From positions 76,748 to 140,747 of the forward strand of contig NMRA01000227.1 in assembly GCA_002633005.1 (NCBI GenBank): DNA of 64,000 nucleotides, read 5' to 3'. This document shows positions 12,401-24,716 of this stretch, piece by piece (within the stretch, counting starts at the first letter, position 1; each line of letters starts with the position of its first letter). A program made the translations under genes and the position numbers. The notes beneath the pieces were generated by a model, which did not search any database, was not told the origin of the DNA, and was given only the letters and a program-made list of their open reading frames with translations. The DNA comes from Phoronis australis (lineage: Eukaryota; Animalia; Phoronida).

Positions 12401-15400
12401 TGGATGGTGACCTGAGCACCCAAACTGCTTACATTGTGTCGTGTGACTCCCTCGCCACACACCTGGCACCTTCTAAATAGCTCCAACACTTTAGACAAGT
12501 CCACAATAAACTTATCAAAGTTTGGCTCACCGATCTGTTCACTGGACGACGAACTGTCCTCTTCACTGGGTGTCGAACTGGGCCTGTAATCACTCCCACT
12601 ACTCAATATCGCTGCAGGGCTGCTTAGAGGCTCTGGGCTGGAGAAAACAGCACAGGGCGAATCACTACTGGTTCCAGGAATTGCACGCTCTGGGGTACGT
12701 TCGGAGGCACGGGTGACAGTAGATGAAGTGCCTCCACTGGCTCCAGTCACTGTACTGGCCACAGCTCGCGAGGCTTCTCGCTTCAAAAACGCACTTCTCG
12801 GGGGTGGCGACGGGGCACTGCCGGGAATCAACACAGACGGAATGGCATCCTTCTTCAAGCGTTGTTTCGCGGGGACCTTCATCAGTTCAGCGTACAAATC
12901 CCTTTCGTAATCGGACGGCAGAAAGTGCTTGCCACACACACGGTAATTCTCCACTGCTTTGTACGTTGCGTGGACGGGTAACGCTGCGTTCTTCACACGA
13001 ACGAGCCAAGTACGGCGAAGTGTGTCATCCATCGGAAAGCGATGCAAAGGCACTCCCAAAGCGCGCGTGAGCCGATAATTACTACATCCCGGTACGCAGC
13101 AACAGTGTGGCATGTTGACTGACTAGTAAATGAAAGCGAACGACGACGGAACTTAACACAACCGAGGTAGAACAATGACTGACTCGGCAGCTCTCACAGT
13201 CAGACTATGTGAAAAGAAATTGGCGGGAAGCGCTTGCCTCCTAAAACGTCACTTCCGGAAAAGCGGACAAATAATTAATAAAATTACGAAAAGCTGTAAT
13301 TAAGTGAAAAATATGTCTAGGATAACCAACCAACCTTATTTTAGCTCAAAATGACATGGAAAAAGGTTGCCTTCGCCTTTAATGATGTTAAGAAATTGCT
13401 ATTTCAGTTTGGTTTTGGAGAAGCATGGTACAATCAGGGTGTAGGTTCCCAGACAAGCTTCATATCACTTTTTAAACAGAGATGCAAAGATATTGATCAG
13501 CAAAAATTTTTGAACAATTCGGTTAAGCTGGAAATTTACAGAACTTTTAAGTTAAATATGTTTTGAAAAATATTTAGATGTAATAGACAATGTAAATGTT
13601 AGATCTGATATGGTAAGATTAAGATGTTCAGTGCATGCACTAATGATTGAAAATGGTAGACACTTGAAACTTAGCAGACCAGAAAGGTTATGGCCCTCTC
13701 TGTGTTAGGACATGTGTCGAGTCAGAATATCATTTTATGTTAGAAGTATGTCCCGAAAATAATAGGTGCGTCGCAAGCTCCGTTTCCAGAGATAAAAAGG
13801 AGACCGTGTATAGGCGATATAAGGTCATTTATTATGACTGATAACGGTACAGAAATATGAGTGTAGAGATAACATAGCGATAAAATAATCTCTGGAAAGA
13901 TGGGCAATAAAAAGTGCCACATGTTGAAGACAGCTCATGCCCGACCTTAGGAAACGGTATTTGCCTCCATGGAGCTACAACAATCCCAGTGTTACAAAAT
14001 TCATTGAAGAGACTCATGACTATGAAGGAAAAAAGATCTTATATGGTCTACATGTAAATATGTTCATTTCGCACTCAAGCAAAGAGCTCATGTTACATTT
14101 AATGTTTGGCACTTACCTGTATTGTATTTGATGACTTGATTGTAACAAGGGCCGGAGGCCTAATTATTGAATAAATATAAGTGCCGTATTGGTAAAGTTA
14201 AAGGTACGTAGGCGCCCAGAGCCCACCGCATCACCTTGAACACTGAACGTAAGTTACGGTGCGTAGGCGCTACGTTCAAATGCCAAAAGGTGGTTGGCTG
14301 CGCCTACGTGCGCCTGCCCCCCACTACAGCACTGAATGTATATATAGAGAGAGCTTATCTCTGTTATGTTCTCTAGTCACAGAACGTTGTTTTAAAAATA
14401 TGGGTTGTGCATAGAACAAAATATGTAAGGCTTTCAAATAATTTTTTTTATAGACAGTCTTTGTTCTGTAGTCGAAATCGTCACTTTTTGTTAAGTTTTT
14501 AAAATAACAGTCTTGCTTATTTCCATTGTTCTTACATGTGTTATTAACGCAAATCTCTTTCAGAGACTTGAAAGCCGAAAACATCATCGTTACTCCCAAC
14601 GGCGACATCAAATTGATTGGTGAGTATCTTGACAGTGACTGCCCTTCCATTACACTGGAGCAAGACTTGGCAATCATTGGTGAATATTTTTAGAATGACT
14701 GCCCTTGCATTACCCTGGAGCAAGACTTGGCAATCATTGGTGAATATTTTTAGAATGACTTGCATTACACTGGAGCAAGACTTGGCAATCATTGGTGAAT
14801 ATTTTTAGAATGACTGCCCTTGCATTACACTGGAGCAAGACTTGGCAATCATTGGTGAATATTTTTAGAATGACTGCCCTTGCATTACACTGGAGCAAGA
14901 CTTGGCAATCATTGGTGAATATTTTTAGAATGACTGCCCTTGCATTACCCTGGAGCAGGACTTAGCAATCATTGGCGAGTATCTTTAGAATGGCTGCCCT
15001 TGCATTACCCTGGAGCAGGACTTAGCAATCATTGGTGAGTTTCTTTAGAATGACTGCCCTTCGCAAGCATAGAAATCATTTCTAATCCAAGTAGGAAACA
15101 AAGTGAGATCAATTTTTATGACAGTATTGACCTTTATCGTTTTTTTCGCAGAGACACGATTTTCTTGTCCCTCAACCTTCTTAGCTGTCACGTGTCATTT
15201 CTTCCAGATTTCGGGTTCTCGTTTTGCTCATGCAACAAAACTCGTGATATCTTATACACCGTTTGCGGATCTCGAGCCTACGCGGCCCCGGAGGTCATTA
15301 TGGGTCACCCGTACAACGGACCACTAGCGGATATTTGGAGCTTGTAAGTTCGTCATACAAGTTGGGATACATATCCGATGAAAAATCGTTTTCTAACTAA

Positions 15401-18400
15401 TACTTCAGTGCAAGTTGGTGTGAACTCTTCCTCCCAACCCAATGCCTTGGTCACATTCTCACTTCGAGAGATGCTCGACTCCACTGTCCTGCTGACTGAG
15501 TTGTGTCCCAAATCCCCGGCATGATTGGACGATTTTTTCATTATCAGCTCAGTAGTAGCGACTTTGGGTTTTTCATGTCTACTAGGTCCGACTAGCGCTC
15601 CCAATAATCTCTCGATATTCGCCCGACCGTCGGCCTATATGACCATTTTTTGCCACAAACTCTTCGGATTGGCGTCAGGAATTTTATGTGACCGAGACAA
15701 CGACCATGGTAAGCATAGATATTGAAGGCGGAAATATTCGAGCCATAAAGTATTATTTACGATCGACATATGTCCCGAATAACATATTTAATAATGCGCG
15801 CGTCACAAGCTCGTTACCAGAGATGAAAAGGAGACCACGACATCTTTTTTGGTGTGTTAAGAAATTTGCTACTTGTTAAAGTAGATACAATTTCTTAAAA
15901 AAGTACAAAACATTGTATTTTGGTGCATTAGTACTCTGATCAAAGTTAATATCTTAAATTCAAGGAGTCAACCCAATCCAAAGAACCCTATTTAAAGAGA
16001 GTTTGTAAGCCGTGGAACTGATTCTGTCTCTTACGGCAAACCCAATGTGAGTGAGTTAAATGAACACGTAGTACAGCAGTGACGGGCGACACTCATCGGA
16101 ACTTTTGCTTTCGCACACCTTATTTCGATTTAAAAGGTATTTCAGTACCAAAGATTTATAAAGCGGCTTGTGAGTGATGGCGTCATAAGGTATAAGAATG
16201 TAAACGTAGTGTTTCACCGGTGTCATCCTTTTCTTTGTAGGGGAATTATTTTATTCACTATTACACACGGCGTCGTACCGTTTCAATGTAAAAACGTACA
16301 CTTTATCGAAGACATGAAGTCCCAAAGAATTGCCCCTGGCCATGACGTATCTTATGGTAACTGTATGTTTTTATTGTTAAATCATTCCAATTTCAAACTT
16401 TTTCAAGTTGTCATAAACAGTAAATTAAACACCAGTCTTGAGAACAACTTTCAGAACACCAATCAACAAGACCACCGAGTCAACTTCTTTACGAGTAACT
16501 AGTGGAGTTGAGTTATATTCCGTTTGGTTATCTCTTCCTGGTAACAGGTATAACCCAACATACTCTTTACAAAACGTAAATTACTACTTTTCGCAACGCT
16601 CTAATTTTTAATCTTTCCAGGATGCATTCAACTAATAAGACAAATACTTCAATTCAACCCTTCTAAGCGGCCATCAATACGAACAATTTTATTGAATTCT
16701 TGGATGGTCTCTGGATATACGCCTCAAATAAAGGATATCCGTGTAAGGAAGAAGACATATCAGGTAAGCTTGCATTAATGCTTTATGAAACAAGTATCTT
16801 TTGTTACTGGTTTTTACAATGAGAAAGTGCACAGAAATGAAGCGTTAAGGCTCGGATAGCGTGAAACTAAACATACAAATACAGGTAATATAGCACCAAG
16901 GTTTCGGCTGTGACACTACAAATTGTTTGGGGCACGTGGCACCGTCTCTCCCAGTTAATTATGGAACTTCTTACATTTTTACATTTGCCCAGTTTCATTA
17001 TGTTATAGTTTACCACTCATTTGCCATAATAAATTACCTTTTTTACACTATCACTCGGTTTCCTTTTCATCTCTTTTCTGGAAATAGAACTTGAGGCACC
17101 CTTCATATTTTCGGGACACAAGTCGAACATGAATACACATTATTCTGCTATACACTTGCATGACGTTTTCATTCAGAGTTCATCAAAGACAAACCTAACA
17201 GAGTCACAGCAGCGCTTCTTCAAACTACGGGGACGAGGTACATTTTCACAACAACTTATCCATGCCTGCTTTTATTTCGGAAACTTGCAGTGGCCATTGA
17301 GAAGTACTGGTCATACGTGCTAATCATATTAATTCGAAACATCGATTGTAGACTTGCGAACGGGGCTTCCGAATAATTATCTGGCGGCCTCCAGATAATG
17401 AAATGTTTTTCTTCACTTCAAAACTGGGCTTCCGTATTTTAGCATAGAAGTTGTTTTTTAGAAATTTTGTCTCGAGCACCTGTCGTACAAGGTATTCATC
17501 AGTGTTGATAGTTTGCGTAAATGCAATGGTAACATCCTTGGATGTTCTTAGTGCATCATAATATTATACGGAAGTTGATATCATTTTATATGTCCCGTAA
17601 GTACGGAAGCTCAATACTGCCGTTTTGAAGAGAAAAATATTTTACTATCTGGCCGCCGGTATACGCGGAATAAAGTCGAGTGGGATCATTTACGCCAATC
17701 GAGGTACATTTTGTATTTATCCCATACGCTTCTTTCATTTTTCAGCGCATTATTAAATAATTCACAGTTCACGTGGCGGATCACGTCCTATATGTATGTA
17801 CTTGCGCGTTTCGCTACAAGTGTTCTCTAGTAAAAGAAACGTTTTTTTAATGTAACGATTTAGTACTTGAAATAGATAATAAAGATGACAACAACGGAAG
17901 TTATGCATTGAACTTGTGACATTTCCTGAAAATAATTAAATAACAACAACATTTAACATCGTAATCACCAAGGAATCGGCGCCTGAGTTGCGGACGGTAT
18001 AATTGTGTCAAATAATTAACAGTTTTGTAGCAGATGTTATGTTTGCGACCTGATTGGATGTTGAGTGTTATTTAAACTGCTACTACGGTACTTTATTAGG
18101 CCATACGTTAAACTATTTTACGAAACACCTTTTGAACTTTCCATGTCAGAGGGCACTGTCAAAGTACCAGGGAGTGCAATACGGAAAACAATACCACATT
18201 ACCGTATTGCGCTCAGTTTATTCAACTCGTATGGGATAAACAGTATTGTACATCACAATATATTGTACATCACAATATAGTTTATGTATCAAGAGATAAC
18301 CGGGTATCATGCATTAGTCGTGAGGCGAATTGTTTCATTCCGAGCACGTGCTCCTTGTAGAGGATGACGAACGATTTTATAATCTTGATTTCCTTTTAAT

Positions 18401-21400
18401 ACGTTGTGTTTGTGTTCTATAACAGGGAAATTTTTCGAGTTGTACGTGAAACGTCCCCACATGGGGTTAGGAGGTTCCAAAGTTCCCCAGGCGATAGGGA
18501 CTATCGTAAGTAAACGCTGTTATACCTGGCACCAACAAGTGTAAAGAACCAACATAACTACATGTTTGTTTATTAGATCAGCGTAAGGCATTCAGAAAGG
18601 GAGTCGTTTAATCCAGCACCGCTTACAGTAAATGGTAGTCAAGTACTCCTTTCCGCGTCTTTTACAGACTATAAAAGACACGCTCATTCGATACAAGATC
18701 CGTCATTTTCCGTACGTTACAACGCACAAATAGAAGGTTAAGCTAGTGCAATGTATTTCCCTCCATGACCGACCCTTGTCTTTTCTAAGGGAATTTTAAG
18801 GCGTTGGAAATACTTTTCACAAACCCAAAACCATACAGGCGTATGCATGGGAGGGTATTTTTACTATGGCCATTCACCTCTGACTTCACCGGCTGCCGCC
18901 GCATTTGAGCGATCTGTAGGTGGGTTTTATGCACACTAAAACTTTGGTCCACTTTTTGATTGGCTAATACTTGAAGGCAACGCACCTTGAGACCCAGAAC
19001 CGACTAAACGTATTCACGGCATCAAGCTTTCACTCATATAGTGCACTAATACTCAGTGAAGTTTGCCTTGTCACCAAAGCGAAACTCTGCATGTTATCCT
19101 CAAACGCGAGCGAAATAGGATCTTTTATGATATGTAAGTTTTGTTTATTGTAAACATTAATTGTATCATTGCTTGGTTGAGATGTGAAATTCCGAGTTCG
19201 TCCAAGCTGCCTTAAACAGTACACACCATGGATTTTTGCACATTTCGAATTACCGGTGGCCACAGACTAAATGTATGACATAAAATTAAGCCAAATCCAT
19301 AATTATTTTGTGTCATTAGCTCGAAATTTTGATTTCTCTTTCAATTTTGCCAATTTTCACATTTCCCGCCATGTGACATCATGGGTTGAACACAAGAGAT
19401 CAGCGACTAGCATTGAACAACGGCGGAGAGTAGGGAATTTGAAAGCGACAACGATTATGAGCAAGAAATGAACAAATACTATGAAGAAACGTACGAGAAT
19501 GGTGGCCAGGATGACGAAATGGGGTTGCACGAAAGCGAGAACGAGTTTGATATGTTTTCAGCTGCGTACTTTTCTACTTTGAGGCCTTACGAACTGGATC
19601 CTCCCGCGAGAGAAGCGGCCTCGGGCTCGGCCAGTCAACCCAGTCATCCAACAGACGATCCTGAATAAAGAGCCGATGTTTCTGAATAGTAAATATTGTC
19701 CTTTATTGAACCAGGCCTTCATCGTAACATCTCCTCTGATTGGAGTCGAAACACGACTCCTCAAAGTGGGCAGAACACAGAGTGGCCCCGGACAGAATCG
19801 CTTGGTCCACGCTGAGGTCCCACACTCTCGTTCGGCGCACGAAGCGATGCCACTACTGCGCAACTTTGGCGTCCTTCGGAACACCGAGACGTTCTCCGTC
19901 TGACTGCTGTTGCTGCAGCCTCCGCAAACACATCTTTTCATCCCTCTACGAACCTTCTCGACGCTAAATATACTTTACTTTCACTTCACTCTATACACTT
20001 AGTTGCTGATCCGAACAGTGTGCCGAACGACTTGGGTTCAACCCATGACGTTGTACATAATTATTATTTTTTTCAATTTTTACGTGTTTCTTTATGAGCT
20101 GTTCACTAAAGGCACTGAAATCAAGTAAGATATAATAATAAAATTTATTTTGAGGTACTGGAGTCATGTTGCGTACACTTTAAGAACAAGCAAGCGGTCA
20201 CGTTCGTGGAAATAATTGCTACAAAAATTGTTTGCGTCGAAAAACCACAGATTTTATCTGACTTACTTCACGTTGTTGAGTCACCCTAAAGTCCAAGCTC
20301 ACGCATTCCTATCTTGAGAAAAGATGTGGTTTCAGTTCCAGCACGGCTGAGAAATTAGCCAATCAGTTGACCAGGGAATTAGATCTTAGTTGGAAGTGCC
20401 AAACTCGACAATTAAGGCGTATTTTGAATAATGCGAATGGGAAATGCACTGAAGACGATTGCCATGATATCAGAGACTTTTCACAGAGCCTCAAAGTTTG
20501 ACAGGATAGCTTAAATATCTCAGTTTATTCCAAAGATTTGCCCATTATGCACGTTGATATTATTACTATAAATAATGATATACACCATAACACCACACAG
20601 AAATGGACGAACTTTGCATCGAATGAGCTGAGCAAAAGTTGACTAACTTGACCATCCAGAGTCTGTGTTCGTAATTAATGATAATGACGCTTGCCAGTGA
20701 ACACGACAATCTCTTTCACTACAAGCCACGAAGTTCTTCTTCATGATCTACGCACATGTGTTTGTCTCACAGGAGTATGGTTTAAAAGAAGCAATCAAGA
20801 GATCGTCCTTGACCATGTTCCGAGCAAAGAGTATACAGGAAAGAGAAACGAATGAAAGGGTAATATTATTTTGACCCCTTATCTCATGATGTGAGATACA
20901 AAAATCAAAGAACAAAGGGTTCGATAAGTCGATATCCCTTTACTGAACTTTTCAAACAGAGAAGGTACACCACTAGTAGGGTGTTTCCCACCTCCTCAGG
21001 CTACGAGGAATTGCTTGCTTCAGAGAGTAGCTAAACATCCCCCCTTGTTGCCTGCCTGTTCCACAACCCAGACTGGCCTGACACCCGTATTACCTCCACC
21101 TGCACAGCTATGGAAGTAGATCCAGGAATTTGCGTTTGGAGATCCGATTTCACTGATGTTTATACATGTATGCTCGCATGTGAACTTTCTGCTGCGAGGA
21201 AAACGTTCATGCGGCACGTGCTTGCCTCCTTTACCAACCCGGGACATTTCTTCTTTAACATCTAGTTTTTAACCAGGCCTTAAAACCTTGTGTACTGGTA
21301 TTAAATTAAAATTCTTGCCAGAAACGTACAGAAAAATAATACCCGGATGCTGCAAACGCGTAGTTGTGTTTTCTTAAAAGTTCATTTTCCGGAGATTGAC

Positions 21401-23722
21401 TAACTTTCATACACGTCAAAATTTTTGCCATCGGACGACAGGACAAGACCAACATATTTTACAGTCGACCCTTATTACAACGAAGCTTTTGATACACCAG
21501 TCTAAACACTTTGTTGTCCATCCGCAGATCTTTGGAACAAATTCAACTTTTTAGAAAAAACACGAAAATTAGGCGCTGCCCCCACTTTTACGAACGGGGG
21601 AATCCCGGCTGCCCCCGCCTCTAACGTCGATGTACTGTACTCCATATTCCACATATTAGATCTAGGCCTCTCTATTTTAGATAGTTCTTCCAGGCGTGAG
21701 AACACAAAAAGAACGTATGGCCACCGTTCCAAAAACATTGTATCTTCATCACCCTCGTGAAATTCGGCGAAGAAGAATACCAGAAAAGATTTCACCAAAA
21801 GTAAAACACCAAAATGATCTTTCAACTATGACCACTATATCTGAAAAGTATCATTACGCTAAACGACCTCGCTTTCCTCAATACCTGGACGAATTTGCCA
21901 GCACATTTACTCTCCTTGAATACAGGTCAGTAAAAAAGTGACGATACGAAAATTAAATCAGATTACTAATTATTATTTTTATCAAATGCGTATCCATATA
22001 ATGTCGGCAAAGCATATACACTGTCTTGAAACTTTCTTCATCTTGCCGGCTTAAACAATACTGCACATTTACAATCCAAAACAAAAAGTGAAGGCCAGAT
22101 GACTTAATTGCCAGACCATTAAATATCTACGTTACGGAAATCTACCATTTCAGCAAAGAAGTCCATATTCTCAGAAGTCCAAGCCCTCCTTCATTTCCGG
22201 CTGGCTGCGCGCGTGCAGTCGTGCTCTACTTGATTGCCCGAGACAAAGTGTCGGGCCCCCCTTATGGCATCCTAGATCACTGTGCTACTTATGCCCATAC
22301 CAACTAGATTCACTGGTCATGCCACACTAATAATGTTCATGTGAAGTGACTCACTGTACACGCCACGATACTCAGTATGGCCTGACGTGCCACACCATTA
22401 ACTGCCAATGTCACGTTTTCGAATTGCAGAAATTTATCCCCTAAAAATTACCAAAGAACACCTTACGCAACAGATGCAGCCCGTGCCAGGTCGTCTAAGC
22501 GGCCGTCCTCCAAATCACCCTCACCCTGTCTCAATGGCGTGCCAGGCAAGTCGGACCATTTGGTACTTACGGCGGCATAACACGTCATGCCACCACGACG
22601 TGAAGCCGGTTCAAAACTGTCGCTTTAAAATGTCCCGTTACAAGATAGTAAAGCAATATGTGGTTGGACAAATCATGAAGTAGCCTACTCCAGAGGTAGA
22701 TCTAAATCTAAGCAGATCAGTTCGTAAAACATCGAAGATCAAATCTTGTGGTCGTCTCCATTGTTAAACACCAAAGGTCAGACCTATAATGCAATGAGAC
22801 TCAGTGGACGACATGGCCACTGATCTAATAAGGCAACAAAACCTGTTGCAACTGAACGATCAGTTACAGAAACAAAATCTAGATTTTTATTCAACACATT
22901 TCAGAAACGAAAATTGAGAGGCCACGCATCAGAACACTTTCCAGTGCGAAAGCTGTCAATGAGCCCAGGATGTCAGAGACGAAGGAGGAGTACGTCCGAC
23001 AGTTTGTTGTTGAAATTGTGGCTCGTGCGGTGAACATGATGACAGGGAGTGCAACTGATGCCGACGTTTCACAGGATGAGAACAGAAGTGTCAACGAAAC
23101 TTCTGCGACATCGCACATCCAAGAGCCTGTTAAAGACCCTTCCATTCCGGACGATGATCTTGCGTCTAAAAGCTTGAAGTGGGACACCGATCGAGAGGTC
23201 ATTGTAATACCTTCTGCGGGAGCAGTCATTATGCCTCCGACAGACGACGGAAAAGAAAGCATGGATTCACTTAGGGAAGGTGGTGACAGCGAAGACCCGG
23301 AAGCATTTAATACTCAAGATCTGAACATCGTAAGTACTTTGGGAGACCTTGAACCTGGAGAACCAGAGACTGGAGAAACTTCACAACAGCATATAACGAC
23401 AAACGTTGTAGACGATACCGAGCGGCCAAAAACGGAATCGGACCAGGACGAAGCGGAACAAAAGCCGTCGGTCTCGGATAAACTAATAGCAAACAACGAA
23501 AGAGGCCATTCGGAACTTTCAAAATCTCACGAAAACGGGTCGCAAGCAGCACAGTCGGGAGAATCATGGGTGACTGAAATAACGAATCCCGACGACTACT
23601 TGTCCGCTTTCAGTTCTGGAACGGTTCAGTCTTCAGTATTCTTACAGGCGGACGGCGTGCAGGCACAACTATCGGCTGCGTCCTACGGCCAAGATACATT
23701 AGCTGTCAAGCCAAACAAATGA
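6431..23722 (+). CDS. Testis-specific serine/threonine kinase (TSSK)-like CAMK-group kinase, multi-exon, with long C-terminal tail
   Basis: Phase-consistent kinase exons: 6431-6688 (LGHGEFSRV), 8627-8734 ([25 protein letters not shown], the TSSK signature), 10266-10471 (VYIVTEY...HLNGVIHR), 14564-14619 (DLKAEN), 15208-15343 (DFG...[12 protein letters not shown]...DIWSL), 16241-16356, 16621-16763. Less certain tail exons: 17177-17237, 18426-18505, 20773-20859, 21681-21925, 22430-22545, 22905-23722. AATAAA follows at ~23770. Confidence 0.88.
7931..8001. repeat. Perfect 71-bp palindrome (35-bp arms, 1-nt loop), probably a MITE collapsed to its two TIRs
   Basis: GTAGGCAATGACCATCGCCTCTGTTGGCCCGAACC-A-GGTTCGGGCCAACAGAGGCGATGGTCATTGCCTAC. 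The same sequence family flanks the Merlin element (1616-1650 and 5421-5435). Confidence 0.85.
11772..12045 (+). pseudogene. Truncated Kolobok accessory gene (KolX-like; cysteine cluster related to the P2X7 cytoplasmic ballast)
   Basis: Acidic N-terminus, YMFEP motif, then [21 protein letters not shown]. The sequence then switches abruptly into antisense transposase. Confidence 0.8.
12040..13113 (-). pseudogene. Truncated Kolobok transposase with N-terminal THAP zinc finger
   Basis: THAP (CCVPGC...HRFP...W...VCGKHF...DAIPS), then CQVC...CVTGH, VLFTGNT. After a frameshift near the A-run at ~12240-12250 it continues [13 protein letters not shown]...[15 protein letters not shown]...KIIDVEL. The rest of the catalytic domain is absent. 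Confidence 0.85.
14179..14334. mobile_element. Short copy of the CAGTGCTGTA-ended MITE family
   Basis: Both ends match 4244-4911 (..GTGCCGTATTGGTAAAGTT.. and ..CCCCACTACAGCACTG); the interior is deleted. Confidence 0.7.
14616..15061. repeat. 60-bp minisatellite (~7.5 copies) beginning at the kinase exon 4 splice donor
   Basis: Unit ATTGGTGAATATTTTTAGAATGACTGCCCTTGCATTACACTGGAGCAAGACTTGGCAATC. Confidence 0.95.
18800..19211. mobile_element. TTAA-flanked non-autonomous element (GG...CC ends) abutting the next Kolobok
   Basis: TTAA|GGCGTTGGA... and ...TCCAAGCTGCC|TTAA, imperfect TIR. Shares the TTAA at 19212-19215 with the adjacent element. Confidence 0.5.
19216..20179. mobile_element. Second, more deleted Kolobok derivative (KolX 5' end on +, THAP on -)
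   Basis: TTAA at 19212-19215 and 20180-20183, degenerate TIRs, and an internal inverted motif TCATGGGTTGAAC (~19380 and ~20040). + ORF 19468-19668 is acidic with LRPYELDP (PYxFEP-like). A frameshifted THAP runs from 19941 on - (CVCGGC...W...[11 protein letters not shown]). Confidence 0.75.
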
Positions 23723-24716
23723 CGGCGTCATTAAAAAATACAGTTCACGAATCCCCAACGCTGATTAAAAATAAAAGTATTTTAAACATGTTGCGTTTCT
23801 TGGAATGACAAAGACCGGTGCATAATAAGTAGCAACACTAACTGACATGAGGAAAATTGTTTATTACAGAAGTTTTCCAATAAAGGAAGGCAATGGCATG
23901 CCAACAAGAAATAAGTTACACTAGATACAAGTGATACAGGTATACATGGAAACTTTAAGTAAGTTAACTTCAGCACAAGTGAAATGGATGAAACCATTTA
24001 ATAAGTAATTAACTGGCAAGAACTTCCCGGTTTTTTGAAAAAGTTATGAGAATATGGTCATCTCAACAGATAAGTTCAATCAACTACAATGAATGAAAGA
24101 ATTGAACCAGCAGCAGAAACAACAACAGCTTATTTACTGGCAGTTATTGATATTGTTTGAATGGTTTCACTTGCATCACATTTTGACTGATATATAAACA
24201 TCAGTGAAACCAACTCGTACTTGATCAAAAACAAAAGCGATGGTGATGAATAAAAGAAAATTTCAGGTCCAACACTTTCACAAAATTTCGTGTTTACAGT
24301 CACCAGATGTCACTTCACAGATCAAATACAAATATGGACCACATCCTGAGGGCGAATTCAAGTCCTACTGACTGAGCACACAGGAGGAAAATTGCTCTTG
24401 CAAGGTCCAGGTGGTCTGATATGCCTGACAGACAGATCTCCCAAGGTCCAGATGATATGCCTGAAACAATGGGTCTCCCAAGGTCCAGGTGATATGCCTG
24501 ACAGATGGGTCTCCCAAGGTCCAGGTGATATGCCTGACGGCTATAGTGATGCTCCTTTCCTCTGATTTCTTGTTCTTTGATTAACACGTTTTTAACTACT
24601 TTGATGTACTGTCATTGTCTGCTGGCTTTGTTTACATGATCAGGGGCTTATAGTTTCTGCAGCCTGCACTTAGTCAAATCATGAATAGCAAGATCTGAGT
24701 CCCCACTAGCATGAAT

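Larger units (their letters stand above)
11438..13378. mobile_element. Kolobok DNA transposon, internal deletion derivative
   Basis: TTAA target duplication (11434-11437 and 13379-13382), AGG...CCT termini, 158-bp near-perfect TIRs (11438-11595, 13221-13378), and two convergent truncated genes. Confidence 0.92.
10740..14175 (+). mobile_element. Decayed 3' part of a non-LTR retrotransposon (LINE reverse transcriptase C-terminal region), split by a Kolobok insertion
   Basis: Frameshifted remnants LLFAGDLV (FADD-like), [31 protein letters not shown]. The frame PCWV|[22 protein letters not shown] is restored on removing 11438-13382. Ends near AATAAA at ~14170. Boundaries approximate. Confidence 0.8.
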
